Source: Nitrospira sp. (GTDB taxonomy: Bacteria > Nitrospirota > Nitrospiria > Nitrospirales > Nitrospiraceae). From it: 64,000 nucleotides of DNA. A program made the position numbers and the translations under genes. Below, piece after piece: positions 31,543 through 41,099 of this stretch. Each line of letters starts with the position of its first letter. Position 1 is the stretch's first letter. The stretch spans positions 24,421-88,420 of the forward strand of contig JADJXO010000007.1 of assembly GCA_016715825.1 (NCBI GenBank). The letters run 5' to 3'. The notes beneath the pieces were generated by a model. That model had not been told where the DNA came from. It saw only the letters and a program-made list of their open reading frames with translations, and did not search any database.

Positions 31543-32355
31543 ATGATGCGGATTCTACAAGTCCTCATCGTGTTGAGCGTCCTATGGGACCCTCTACTGG
31601 TTCCAGGCCAGTTAGAGCGCCTGAAGAAATTCAAGCATGTCGGCGCGGGTGTCACCGACACACCGATGATCGAGATCCCGGCCGGACAATTCCTCATGGG
31701 GCTTGATGGGGTTCAGGCGTTGGAGGATGAGCGACCGGCACATCGCGTCTGGCTCGATGCCTTTCAGATCGATCAATATGAGGTCACGACGGCTGAGTAT
31801 GCAGAGTTCCTTCGTACAGGACAGCAACCACCTCCTTGGCAATGGGAGACCGTGGCACTTGCTCGTCATGGTGATCGACCGGTCATCGGCGTGAGCTGGC
31901 ATGATGCGGAGGCCTATTGCCGGTGGAAGGACAAACGACTCCCGACCGAAGCCGAATGGGAAAAATCAGCGCGCGGCACCGATGGACGGTCCTATCCCTG
32001 GGGCAGTCAGACGCCGACGAACCAACGTGCCAACTTTGCGCTTGGCGCGCGGTTTAGTTATGACGGTGTGCTTTCGCCGGTGCAATCACATCCTCGTGGC
32101 AGAAGCCCGTTTGGTCTCCATCATATGGCGGGGAATGTGTATGAATGGGTTCAGGACTGGTATGCGATCGACTCTTACGACAGCTCACCGGATCCAAGCC
32201 CAACCGGGCCGGTACAGGGTCAATTCAAAGTAGTGCGCGGCGGTTCGTGGTCGGATCTGCCGAAGTATCTCCTCACCTATGGGCGATTCAAGCTCTCTCC
32301 AGATACCCGCAACAGCTATACGGGGTTTCGCTGTGCAAGATCCATCACTCAGTAG
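31543..32355 (+). CDS. Formylglycine-generating enzyme (SUMF1/PvdO) family protein, catalytic Cys pair absent
   Basis: IPAGQFLMG, IDQYEVT, PVIGVSWHDAEAYC, RLPTEAEWEK, MAGNVYEW, RGGSW, GFRCA; N-terminal signal peptide. Confidence 0.9.
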   Translation: MMRILQVLIVLSVLWDPLLVPGQLERLKKFKHVGAGVTDTPMIEIPAGQFLMGLDGVQALEDERPAHRVWLDAFQIDQYEVTTAEYAEFLRTGQQPPPWQWETVALARHGDRPVIGVSWHDAEAYCRWKDKRLPTEAEWEKSARGTDGRSYPWGSQTPTNQRANFALGARFSYDGVLSPVQSHPRGRSPFGLHHMAGNVYEWVQDWYAIDSYDSSPDPSPTGPVQGQFKVVRGGSWSDLPKYLLTYGRFKLSPDTRNSYTGFRCARSITQ

Positions 32356-32413
32356 CTGCTGATCAGGGACATGACAGGGTATCAGGTGCCGGTGTCGTGG
32401 TGGCGACCTGAAC

Positions 32414-32749
32414 TCAGGGCTTTGCCGAGGTTGAGGCATCGCCAAGTCGTGGGGCATTCGAAGGGAGTCTGTCATTGGGTTGGGGAGCCGTCAAGGGCGG
32501 CACCGTCGGCCTCTTCACCAACTTGTGACGGAATGAGGATGGTGGCGTCGAGGGTAAAACCAAGTTTGGATCCGGACGGGAGTGGCTGGTGGCTGAATCG
32601 AGTGTCGCGGCTGGTCTGGGCTGGAATGTAGGTCTATGAATCAAGCTGTGACGGCCACTCTTCACTGTTTCGGCACTCAGGATACTTGCACACAACACGA
32701 GCATGACCGTCGCCACCGAGCCGATGAAGATGTGCTTAGAATGAAGCAT
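32414..32749 (-). CDS. Hypothetical exported Pro/Ser-rich protein
   Basis: Signal-peptide-like FIGSVATVMLVLCASILSA followed by low-complexity sequence. Confidence 0.45.
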   Translation of the reverse strand: MLHSKHIFIGSVATVMLVLCASILSAETVKSGRHSLIHRPTFQPRPAATLDSATSHSRPDPNLVLPSTPPSSFRHKLVKRPTVPPLTAPQPNDRLPSNAPRLGDASTSAKP

Positions 32750-33012
32750 TGTGATCATGTCCTGTGGATCAGCGTACACGCGAGATCACGGTAGTACGCA
32801 ACCGGTATGCCAAAGAGGAAGACGAGGCTTGGTAGGGGGACACCTTCTCATAAGGTCGCATTGCACCAGGTTTCTGTCGGATAGTGAACGTCTACTGGAC
32901 GGTTAGGACGGGTAGGTTGTACCAAATGGCATTTCCAGACCGAACCACTTGGAACAGGCTGGAGCGAGGCCACTTCTTGTGGAGCCATGTCAGGTTGGTC
33001 CGGACTGGCTGG

Positions 33013-33789
33013 TTAGCGCTGTGTGGAGGTGAGGTGCCGGGTCAACCAGTCCGCAATGACCTGGGTCATGCGGATGAAATCCTGACCCTTGGTGAACTGA
33101 TGATCGGCGCCGGGGACCAGCTCGAGGTGTTTCTTGACTCGTAACGCTTCGTACAGCTGTCGACTTTGATGAAGCGGGACATGTTCATCCTGGTCTCCTT
33201 GGACGATCACCGTGGGCACCGTGATGGATCGAGCGGGATCGTAGGCAATCTGTCGCAGGCAATCGTCATAAAAAGCATACTGTAGTTTCACTCGGTCAGG
33301 ACCGCCCATGATATTGGGAATCGTGTCGGTTGCCTTCCACTGCGCCATGCCCTCCTCTCCAAACTCCAACCGTAGCTCTTCCGCGAAATCCACCACCGGG
33401 CATTTGAGCGCGAGGCACGTGAGGTCCGCACGTTGTGAAGCAGTGAGTATCGAAACCAGGCCGCCAAAACTCGATCCCATCAAACCGATATGCCGAAACC
33501 CTTTCTGCTGCATCAAATCGATCGCTGCGATGGCCTGTTCGACGGCCACGGTGACGGTGATCTGATCGAACGGCCCCTCGCTTTCCGCCTGCCCAAAGAA
33601 ATCAAAGCGAAAGGTAGCGATGTTTTGCTCTATGAGCATTCGAGTCAGGGCGTTGTTCGTCGAGCTTGTTTTTGACGAAAGAAAACCGTGACACAGCACT
33701 GCGATCTTATCCGTTTCTCTGCTGGGTTTGGTCAAGATAGCGGCCACTCGATGGCTGTGGGAATCAAGAAATGAGAATCGTTCTTCCAT
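33013..33789 (-). CDS. Alpha/beta hydrolase
   Basis: LCHGF, FRFDFFGQAESEG, nucleophile elbow GSSFGG, QGDQD, GADH triad pattern. Confidence 0.92.
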   Translation of the reverse strand: MEERFSFLDSHSHRVAAILTKPSRETDKIAVLCHGFLSSKTSSTNNALTRMLIEQNIATFRFDFFGQAESEGPFDQITVTVAVEQAIAAIDLMQQKGFRHIGLMGSSFGGLVSILTASQRADLTCLALKCPVVDFAEELRLEFGEEGMAQWKATDTIPNIMGGPDRVKLQYAFYDDCLRQIAYDPARSITVPTVIVQGDQDEHVPLHQSRQLYEALRVKKHLELVPGADHQFTKGQDFIRMTQVIADWLTRHLTSTQR

Positions 33790-33857
33790 GGTCGGATTGT
33801 AACAGAATCCGATGGCGTGGTCAGGTGGGAGACCAGGGGAGAGGCTCATTCATACTG

Positions 33858-35180
33858 TCAGCTTGGAGTTGCCGTCGGACTCGACTCATGGTGGGAGGCA
33901 AGGTGCTTAGGTTGTTTGGACACCATGGCGGTCAGCTTGACCGCGAAGAGAAGAAAGCTGGCCAATAACAGAACGACACATGTCCACATCGTTGTGTGGA
34001 TATAGATCGAGCTCAGCGGGACATTCCAGGTGAGGGTCGCCAAGATACCGATCCCCATCGTTCCGAGAGAAAGCGTGGCAATCTGTATGGATCTCCAACG
34101 ATTCATGATGGCGGCGAGTTGATCACAGTAGAGAGTACGTTTCTTGTGACCGGCGACGCGACGGGCGGCAAGGGCTATGGGAAGAAGATGAGAGCATGTA
34201 CCCATGGTCGCGTTCATGATGAAGCCGACGAATGCCATATGGGTGTAGGCAACCAGGTGGAGTGTGCCGTATGGCAACACCGGGGGGCTGGACCAGTTGT
34301 TCGCTCCGATCAGGATACCAAGCAGGACGGTGAACAGGAGAAAGAAGCTCGAGACCAGGAGATGGTCCGATGCGGCGCTTCCGGTGTGGGCGGAGGAGAG
34401 CCACGTTCCGAACAGGTTGCCGATCAGGAGTCCAACGCTCACGAATAAAACGGCACCAGCCAGCATTTCAACCGGAACGGATGAATTCAAAAATCCACCG
34501 ATCAGGGCGACCACTCCCATCGCCAGGAAGATGGTCGTGAACCGTACCAGCCTCGGGTGTGCGAGCGTCGTGCTCCAGACGGTCGGCAGGATCTGGTGCA
34601 TCATGTGGATGAGGGCCAATGTCGCAAACCCGAGCACGACAAGATGGATGTGCGCAAGCCGTACATAACCGTGGTGTTCTGGGAAAACCCCGAACGCCAT
34701 GAGCGCTCCGCAGATCGATCCGCCGACAAGGCCGAAGAACAGGAGCGCGATGTACCACGATGGGCCGAACGACCAGTTCCAGGTCGGCCTGGCACCCGTC
34801 CATATGCCGCGGATGAGAGCGAGAACCCCGGCAATCACGACGAGGCCGGCGATACCCACAACCAGATCGCGATGCAACCAAAAGCCGACGAGCATCACGA
34901 TTACGCCGCCGTTTAATGCCCAGAATGTGAAGGGGCGAGCGTCTGATCCTAGGTTGGCTTTCGACTCAGGTGGAGCGACGAGCAAAAGAAGCCCGCCGAG
35001 AATAATCTGCGCCACTCCGCCGATCAGCGTTGCATGAACGTGGAGTGACCGTACCCATGACGGCAGTGGAGTACCACGGACCAACCCGATAAGGATCGCC
35101 AACCCAAGCATGGAGCCGAGGGTGAGCCAGGTAAAACCTGTCAGGCAGAATGTAAGAGGCGAAGAGTCCCGTGCGCGCAT
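33858..35180 (-). CDS. Polytopic membrane protein with repeated His-bearing helices (heme-copper oxidase subunit I/NnrS-like pattern)
   Basis: About 12 TM segments; three similar motifs LHVHATLIGG, AHIHLVVLGF, YTHMAFVGF. Confidence 0.7.
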   Translation of the reverse strand: MRARDSSPLTFCLTGFTWLTLGSMLGLAILIGLVRGTPLPSWVRSLHVHATLIGGVAQIILGGLLLLVAPPESKANLGSDARPFTFWALNGGVIVMLVGFWLHRDLVVGIAGLVVIAGVLALIRGIWTGARPTWNWSFGPSWYIALLFFGLVGGSICGALMAFGVFPEHHGYVRLAHIHLVVLGFATLALIHMMHQILPTVWSTTLAHPRLVRFTTIFLAMGVVALIGGFLNSSVPVEMLAGAVLFVSVGLLIGNLFGTWLSSAHTGSAASDHLLVSSFFLLFTVLLGILIGANNWSSPPVLPYGTLHLVAYTHMAFVGFIMNATMGTCSHLLPIALAARRVAGHKKRTLYCDQLAAIMNRWRSIQIATLSLGTMGIGILATLTWNVPLSSIYIHTTMWTCVVLLLASFLLFAVKLTAMVSKQPKHLASHHESSPTATPS

Positions 35181-35192
35181 CCGGTTCGTCCC

Positions 35193-35993
35193 CTAGCGCT
35201 CCAAGAAATAAAAATGATCGGTGGGACCCTGTCCGTGGCCGATGGCGAGGCCATGTCGAATCGCTTCCGTGACATATGATTTTGCTGCCTGCGCGGAATC
35301 CAAGACGGAACGCCCGCGAGCCAGATGCGCCGCCAGGGCAGAGGCGAAGGTGCAACCGGTGCCGTGGGTGTGGCGTGTCTCAATGAACTCCCCCTTCAAC
35401 ACGTTGAAGAACCGTCCGTCGTACAGCAAGTCGGTCGCCCGTTCCTCGAGGAGATGACCACCTTTGATCAGGACGTGCGCACATCCGAATTGGTGAATCA
35501 CCTTCGCTGCTCGTCGTGCATCGGCTAATGATCGTATCTCAATTCCTGACAGTTGCTGGGCCTCATGCACATTGGGCGTCACGATCAAGGCAAGTGGAAG
35601 CAGCTTCGTTTTGACGGCTTGGACAGCCTCCGGTTGCAACAGGGGATGGCCGCTCTTGGAGATCATGACCGGATCCACGACGAGGTTGGCGACTTTCTGA
35701 GGAGTCAGTATGCGTACGACGACCTCGACGATGGCGGAAGACGACAACATGCCGGTCTTGACGGCAGCCACGTCGAAATCGTCGAAGACGGCGTCGAGTT
35801 GCGACGCAATGATCGCAGCAGGCAGTTCGAACACATCTGTCACTTCCTCGGTATTTTGAGCCGTGACGGCTGTGATCACAGACATGGCAAAGACACCGTT
35901 CGCGGACATCGCCTTGAGATCGGCCTGAATTCCTGCGCCTCCGCCGGAGTCCGATCCGGCAACGGTGAGTACTTGCTTCAGCGTAGTCGGCAT
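35193..35993 (-). CDS. thiD: Hydroxymethylpyrimidine/phosphomethylpyrimidine kinase
   Basis: AGSDSGGGAGIQADLK, VKTGML, VVDPVM, TPNVHEA, KGGH, THGTGCTFAS. Confidence 0.96.
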   Translation of the reverse strand: MPTTLKQVLTVAGSDSGGGAGIQADLKAMSANGVFAMSVITAVTAQNTEEVTDVFELPAAIIASQLDAVFDDFDVAAVKTGMLSSSAIVEVVVRILTPQKVANLVVDPVMISKSGHPLLQPEAVQAVKTKLLPLALIVTPNVHEAQQLSGIEIRSLADARRAAKVIHQFGCAHVLIKGGHLLEERATDLLYDGRFFNVLKGEFIETRHTHGTGCTFASALAAHLARGRSVLDSAQAAKSYVTEAIRHGLAIGHGQGPTDHFYFLER

Positions 35994-36003
35994 GACGGTC
36001 TTT

Positions 36004-36972
36004 CTAAGGCGACTTTTCCGAGGAACCCGATGTGGGGCCGAGCGTCAATCCATCAATCGTGAAGGACGCATGTCGCCTTGGTAACTTTTCGTAAAAGTGA
36101 AAGGTGAACTGTGTGCTCGGCTCACCCGCTGATGCGGTGAAGATGAGGACGGCCCGTCGTTTCCGGTTAGGTGATAATTCGAGGCCACGCGTACAGAGAC
36201 CTTCTCGATTGTCTTCGACTGCCTGGCGCCAGATCGTGCCATGTTCATCTTTCAGAACCGTCTCGTGCAACTGACACAGAAGCTTCAGGTCGCGCGGCGA
36301 ATGGTTTTCAATCGTGGCATCCAACGTCACTCGACCCTGTCGCTTGTCGATCGTCGTCACGACAAACTCGTAGGACTCGTTCCGATGAGTCCCCAAGCCG
36401 ATCGGAGGCGGAAGCTCACGAAGGTTTTCTGCGACGACTTCCGGCTGCGACGACGCCTCTTTTTTAGAGAACGAATTCAAGAGGCCTGTTTTCGGTAACG
36501 TCGCTCGCGCGGCGCCGATGGGCTGGCCGTTCGAAGGATTGATCAGCTTAGCGGTGACCTGCAGGCCGTCAGGAGTCTCGATCGAGACTCCGCTGACGAA
36601 GGCGTCGGCGCGGATTGCTTTTGCCACACGCTGGGCCGCCTTCGTATGGTCGGAGTCGATCTGATCGACGTGGAGTTGCTTCAGCGTGGAGTTGATCAGT
36701 GTTCGATCGACGATCGTCAATTCTCCTGCCAGCATGAGCTGAGTCCCGAGCTCCTCGGCAAGGAACGGTCCGACTTTTGTGGGTTGCCCTTCGGCGTCTG
36801 TGAAATCGAGAATAGCCAGACGTTGCTTCTTGGCCTTTGTCGCGGCTTCGGTGATGGCGTCGGCTAATTGTTTGAGGGTGTCTTCATAACTAGCGCCGGC
36901 CCATGACGCGGTCGGATGAGGAAGTGTCGACAAGAGGGAGACGAGCAGTATGAGAGGGCGGATCATAGCCAT
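36004..36972 (-). CDS. Exported protein with FlgO/CsgG-like N-terminal domain and Ig-like C-terminal domain
   Basis: Signal peptide; RLAILDFTD...FLAEELGTQL...IVDR...LQVTAKLINPSNGQPIGAA pattern; start at ATG 36972. Confidence 0.7.
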   Translation of the reverse strand: MAMIRPLILLVSLLSTLPHPTASWAGASYEDTLKQLADAITEAATKAKKQRLAILDFTDAEGQPTKVGPFLAEELGTQLMLAGELTIVDRTLINSTLKQLHVDQIDSDHTKAAQRVAKAIRADAFVSGVSIETPDGLQVTAKLINPSNGQPIGAARATLPKTGLLNSFSKKEASSQPEVVAENLRELPPPIGLGTHRNESYEFVVTTIDKRQGRVTLDATIENHSPRDLKLLCQLHETVLKDEHGTIWRQAVEDNREGLCTRGLELSPNRKRRAVLIFTASAGEPSTQFTFHFYEKLPRRHASFTIDGLTLGPTSGSSEKSP

Positions 36973-37148
36973 TGAGATGATGCCATTATACTCAGGGCCG
37001 AGCGAGAGTCTAGTAGCGTCAGAAAACAGCGACGCTCTGGCATCGTTTCGACGTGCACGAGTATTCCTAGATGATTTCCAAGACATAAACCGGTATCTTC
37101 ATCCCTCGACCTACGTAATGCGGAACATCGAGGTAAGGAGGTTCCTTC

Positions 37149-37298
37149 ATGGCGAAGAGTAAAAAGTATCGGGGCGAGGTGCCTTTGCATGATCGATACG
37201 GGCCGGAGGCGAAATACGCGGTCGAAGCCGAGGCGCTGCTCCCGGCGCCATCCAACAAGACGAAAGGACTTCCTCCTATGATGATGTCTCATGGCTGA
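37149..37298 (+). CDS. 49-aa small ORF overlapping the start of the DUF2130 gene
   Basis: TAAGGAGGT 6 nt before ATG; MAKSKKYRGEVPLHDRYGPEAKYAVEAEALLPAPSNKTKGLPPMMMSHG*; below the ORF-track length cutoff. Confidence 0.6.
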   Translation: MAKSKKYRGEVPLHDRYGPEAKYAVEAEALLPAPSNKTKGLPPMMMSHG

Positions 37299-38556
37299 AC
37301 CAACGATCATCTGCCCCAGTTGTAAGACTGAAATCAAACTCACGGAATCCCTTGCGGCACCGCTCATTGAATCGACACGTCATGAGTATGAAACGCGGTT
37401 GGCCCAGAAAGATGCCGATGTGGCCAAGCGCGATACGGCTTTGCGGGAGCGGGAAGAAGCCCTCTCCAAGGCGCAGCACACGCTCGATGCCCAGGTCGAA
37501 GCAAAACTTCATGTCGAGCGCGCCAAGATTACGGCCGAGGAAGCCAAAAAAGCCAAGCTCGCCTTACAGAATGATCTCGATCAAAAAGCACAAGAAGTCA
37601 TGGATCTTCAGGAAGTCATTAAGCAGCGGGAAGCTAAATTGGCCGACGCGCAGAAAGCACAAGCGGATCTCTTGCGTAAGCAGCGCGAGTTGGACGATGC
37701 CAAGCGTGAACTCGAATTGACCGTTGAAAAACGGGTGCAAGAGGGATTGGCGGCGACCAGGGAACAAGCCAAGAAAGAAGCGGAAGACGGGCTCAAGCTC
37801 AAAGTCCTTGAGAAAGAGCAAACCATCACCTCGATGCAGAGGCAGATCGAAGAGTTGAAGCGAAAGGCCGAACAAGGGTCACAGCAGCTTCAGGGGGAAG
37901 TCCAGGAATTGGAATTAGAGGCATTGTTACGGGAGAAGTTTCCGTGGGACACGATTGATCCCGTTCCCAAAGGCGAACACGGCGGGGATGCGCTGCAGCG
38001 TGTTGTGGGCTCTCATGGGCAGCCCTGCGGGACAATCATTTGGGAGTCGAAGCGGACCAAGAACTGGAGCGACGGATGGCTGGTCAAGCTCCGTGAAGAT
38101 CAGCGGACTGCCAAGGCTGAGATGGCGGTCATCGTGAGTCAGTCGCTTCCTAAAGACGTTGAGACATTCGGTCTGGTCGATCACGTGTGGGTGACTCACA
38201 CGAAGACCGTGTTCCCATTGGCACTCGCACTCCGCCAGACCCTTATCGAAGTCGCCTCATCACGACAAGCGTCCGAGGGCCAACAAACCAAAACAGAAAT
38301 GATCTACCAATATTTGACCGGGCCCCGCTTTCGGCATCGAGTCGAAGCCATCGTCGAAGCGTTCTCGACGATGAAGGAAGACCTTGATAAAGAGAAGAAG
38401 GCGATCACCAAACAATGGGCCAAGCGGGAGGAACAGATCGACCGGGTGATGCAGGCGACGGCGGGGATGTATGGAGACCTTCAGGGAATCGCCGGAAAAA
38501 CCATTCAAGAGATCGAGGGACTGGAGCTTCCCGCACTCGGTCCTCCCACCTCCTAA
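37291..38556 (+). CDS. DUF2130 domain coiled-coil protein (RmuC-like)
   Basis: IICPSCKTEIKL, long coiled coil, GSQQLQGEVQE, VPKGEHGGD, IIWESKRTKNWSDGWLVKLREDQR. Confidence 0.88.
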   Translation: MAEPTIICPSCKTEIKLTESLAAPLIESTRHEYETRLAQKDADVAKRDTALREREEALSKAQHTLDAQVEAKLHVERAKITAEEAKKAKLALQNDLDQKAQEVMDLQEVIKQREAKLADAQKAQADLLRKQRELDDAKRELELTVEKRVQEGLAATREQAKKEAEDGLKLKVLEKEQTITSMQRQIEELKRKAEQGSQQLQGEVQELELEALLREKFPWDTIDPVPKGEHGGDALQRVVGSHGQPCGTIIWESKRTKNWSDGWLVKLREDQRTAKAEMAVIVSQSLPKDVETFGLVDHVWVTHTKTVFPLALALRQTLIEVASSRQASEGQQTKTEMIYQYLTGPRFRHRVEAIVEAFSTMKEDLDKEKKAITKQWAKREEQIDRVMQATAGMYGDLQGIAGKTIQEIEGLELPALGPPTS

Positions 38557-38767
38557 TCCACAGGATAGAGATAGAGTGCGAGAATAGAAACCGGCATTTC
38601 TTACGGTTTAGCGCCTATTTAGCCGGACTTTCTCCGACTCCCAACGCCAGGAAGCTTGCGAGCCCTGCTCGTATCCTCCAGACGGAGTTTGACAAGAGCG
38701 CTGAGGAGTGGGGTACACTGCGCCCCCAGAGTCTCCCTACATACTCCCACTGCCCAAGGAGGCATCC

Positions 38768-40072
38768 ATGCGGAACAGCTTCTGGTTGAAGGTGCTCAGC
38801 GCAGCAAGTCTCTGTCTTCTGTGTGTCACAAGTTGGGCCGGTGCCGAAGAACCGGCGGGTGCCGTGAATGAAGCGCGCCTGGTTGCGCAATACAACTACT
38901 CGATTCACATCCTGGCCATGTTGGTGGTGGGGTTCGGATTTCTCATGGTGTTCGTCAGGCGGTACGGCTTCGGCGCGACGACCGGCACCTATCTCGTGGT
39001 CGCAACCGGATTACCGCTGTATATGGTGCTCCGCGCGAACGGAGTGGTGGGACATGAGATCAAGGCCCATTCGGTTGAAACACTGATGTTGGCTGAATTC
39101 TCCGTCGCGACGGCGTTGATTGCGATGGGAGCGGTGCTCGGCCGTTTACGCGTGTTTCAATACGCCTTACTCACCCTGTTGCTCGTGCCGCTCTACGCAC
39201 TCAATGAATATGTCGTGCTGGACAACGGCTTGGGGCTCACGAAAGGGTTTCAAGATTCAGCCGGCTCGATCGTGATTCACGCCTTCGGTGCGTATTTTGG
39301 CTTGGCCGCGTCTCTGGTCCTGACGACCGCGCAGCAACGTAGTCAGCCGATCGAATCCGATCCGACCTCCGATCGATTCGCCATGCTCGGATCGATGGTG
39401 CTCTGGTTGTTCTGGCCAAGCTTCGCGACGGCGATCGTGCCGTTTGAGGAAATGCCGCAGACGATCGTGAACACTATTCTGGCCTTGAGCGGGGCGACGC
39501 TCGCCACCTACTTCCTCAGCACGTATTTTCATCATGGCAAGACGTCGATGGTGGATATGGCGAACGCTGCATTGGCCGGCGGGGTCTCGATCGGCTCGAC
39601 CTGTAACCTGGTGAGTCCGGTCGGGGCTTTCTCGATCGGGTTGCTCGCCGGTGCCTTGTCCGTCATCGGGTTTGTGTTTATCCTTCCCGTGCTTGAATCC
39701 AAGATCAAGCTGATCGATACCTGTGGCGTCCACAACCTGCATGGAATGCCGGGCTTGCTCGGGGGACTCTGTGCCATCGTTGTCGTACCCGGCATTGCCG
39801 GCGTGCAGCTGACCGGTATTGCCTTGACGCTCGTCATTGCGGTGGTCGGTGGAGTGATCGCTGGTGCGGTGATCAGGGCGACCGGTACGACCGAACAGGC
39901 CTATGAAGACTGCCATGAGTTTTCCCACGTGCCGGGTCCGGAGAGTGAACGGAGGGTTGAAGAGATGGCGTTGGGCGCCAAAGCCGATATCGAAGTGTTA
40001 CAGAAAGAACTGCTGGCTCGGGCTGCGTCAAAAATGCGATCGGGGAAGGAAGAGGCAAGCCCGACTGCGTAA
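38768..40072 (+). CDS. Rh-type (Rh50) ammonium transporter
   Basis: GFGFLMVFVRRYG, GAVLGR, DSAGSIVIHAFGAYFGL, FAMLGSMVLWLFWPSF, NAALAGGVSIG, DTCGVHNLHGMPG; Rh rather than AmtB signature; start at ATG 38768 after AGGAGG. Confidence 0.94.
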   Translation: MRNSFWLKVLSAASLCLLCVTSWAGAEEPAGAVNEARLVAQYNYSIHILAMLVVGFGFLMVFVRRYGFGATTGTYLVVATGLPLYMVLRANGVVGHEIKAHSVETLMLAEFSVATALIAMGAVLGRLRVFQYALLTLLLVPLYALNEYVVLDNGLGLTKGFQDSAGSIVIHAFGAYFGLAASLVLTTAQQRSQPIESDPTSDRFAMLGSMVLWLFWPSFATAIVPFEEMPQTIVNTILALSGATLATYFLSTYFHHGKTSMVDMANAALAGGVSIGSTCNLVSPVGAFSIGLLAGALSVIGFVFILPVLESKIKLIDTCGVHNLHGMPGLLGGLCAIVVVPGIAGVQLTGIALTLVIAVVGGVIAGAVIRATGTTEQAYEDCHEFSHVPGPESERRVEEMALGAKADIEVLQKELLARAASKMRSGKEEASPTA

Positions 40073-40199
40073 TCTACAAGCTGGAGATTTCGAGGGGGGA
40101 CGACCTGTACATCTGTCACGCATCGGTCGAGTGCCACTGCGTTGTAGACTGCCAGGGTCGTCCGTTTCCCTTCGGCACATGAGGCGGGTAGCCGTTTCT

Positions 40200-41087
40200 T
40201 TAGCCGGATGACATCTGCCGCACGTTGAGTGTTCCGCTCTTGATGTGGAGATCCCGCTGCGGAAAGGGGATCTCGATGCCCTGCTCTTTGAATGCCCGGC
40301 TGATCGCGAAATACAATTCACTCCGCAACACGCCGGGCACCGTCGAAAAGTCCCTCGTCCATACGCGAAGCACGAAGTTCAACGCACTGTCGCCGAATGA
40401 GTCGAAGAGCACGGAAGGTCCCGGTTCTTTCAGGACTCCAGGGTGAGCCCTCGCCACCTCGAGCAGTACGCTGCGGACTTGCTCGGGATCTGAGCCATAC
40501 GATACCCCGACCGGAAAGTTAAACCGCACATTCCGGTTCGTATAGCTCCAGTTGACGACCTTCGAGGAGATGAAATCGGCGTTCGGGACAATGATTGCGA
40601 TGTTGTCGTTCGTCACGATCGTGGTCGCGCGCGGCGAGATATTGATGACATCGCCGTTGACGTTGCCCACTTCGATGCGGTCTCCGACCTTGATCGGTCG
40701 TTCCAGCAAGAGAATGATCCCACTCACGAAGTTGTTCGTCACACCCTGGAGGCCGAATCCGACGCCGATGCCTAATGCGCCGAAGAGAACAGTCAAGGAG
40801 CTCAGGTTGATACCGGCTGTTTGGAGAATGATGATCAGACCTAAGGCCAGGAAGACCATGCGCACGATGTTGCCGACCGCGTGCCTGACACCCAGGTCGA
40901 CCTGGCTGCGCACGAGCAGTCCTTCGACGATCCAGGTTTTCAGTTTACCGGTGATATAGAAGAGCGAGACGACCAATACCGTCAGATACAGCATCGTGCC
41001 CAGCGTGATCGTCGTGTCTCCGATCGAATACAGAGGAATTTTCGTGAACGTCCCGAACGGTTCTAAGAGGTCAAAGATCCGATCCAT
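40200..41087 (-). CDS. mscS: Small-conductance mechanosensitive channel
   Basis: GALGIGVGFGLQ, NNFVSG, PIKVGDRIEV, IIVPN, FGDSALNF, IEIPFPQRDLH. Confidence 0.93.
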   Translation of the reverse strand: MDRIFDLLEPFGTFTKIPLYSIGDTTITLGTMLYLTVLVVSLFYITGKLKTWIVEGLLVRSQVDLGVRHAVGNIVRMVFLALGLIIILQTAGINLSSLTVLFGALGIGVGFGLQGVTNNFVSGIILLLERPIKVGDRIEVGNVNGDVINISPRATTIVTNDNIAIIVPNADFISSKVVNWSYTNRNVRFNFPVGVSYGSDPEQVRSVLLEVARAHPGVLKEPGPSVLFDSFGDSALNFVLRVWTRDFSTVPGVLRSELYFAISRAFKEQGIEIPFPQRDLHIKSGTLNVRQMSSG

Positions 41088-41099
41088 GGCTACTCCGTT

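Noticed and set aside
38689-38719. TTGACA...TACACT promoter for the Rh gene
   Set aside because: Spacer is 19 nt; plausible but not well enough supported to list.
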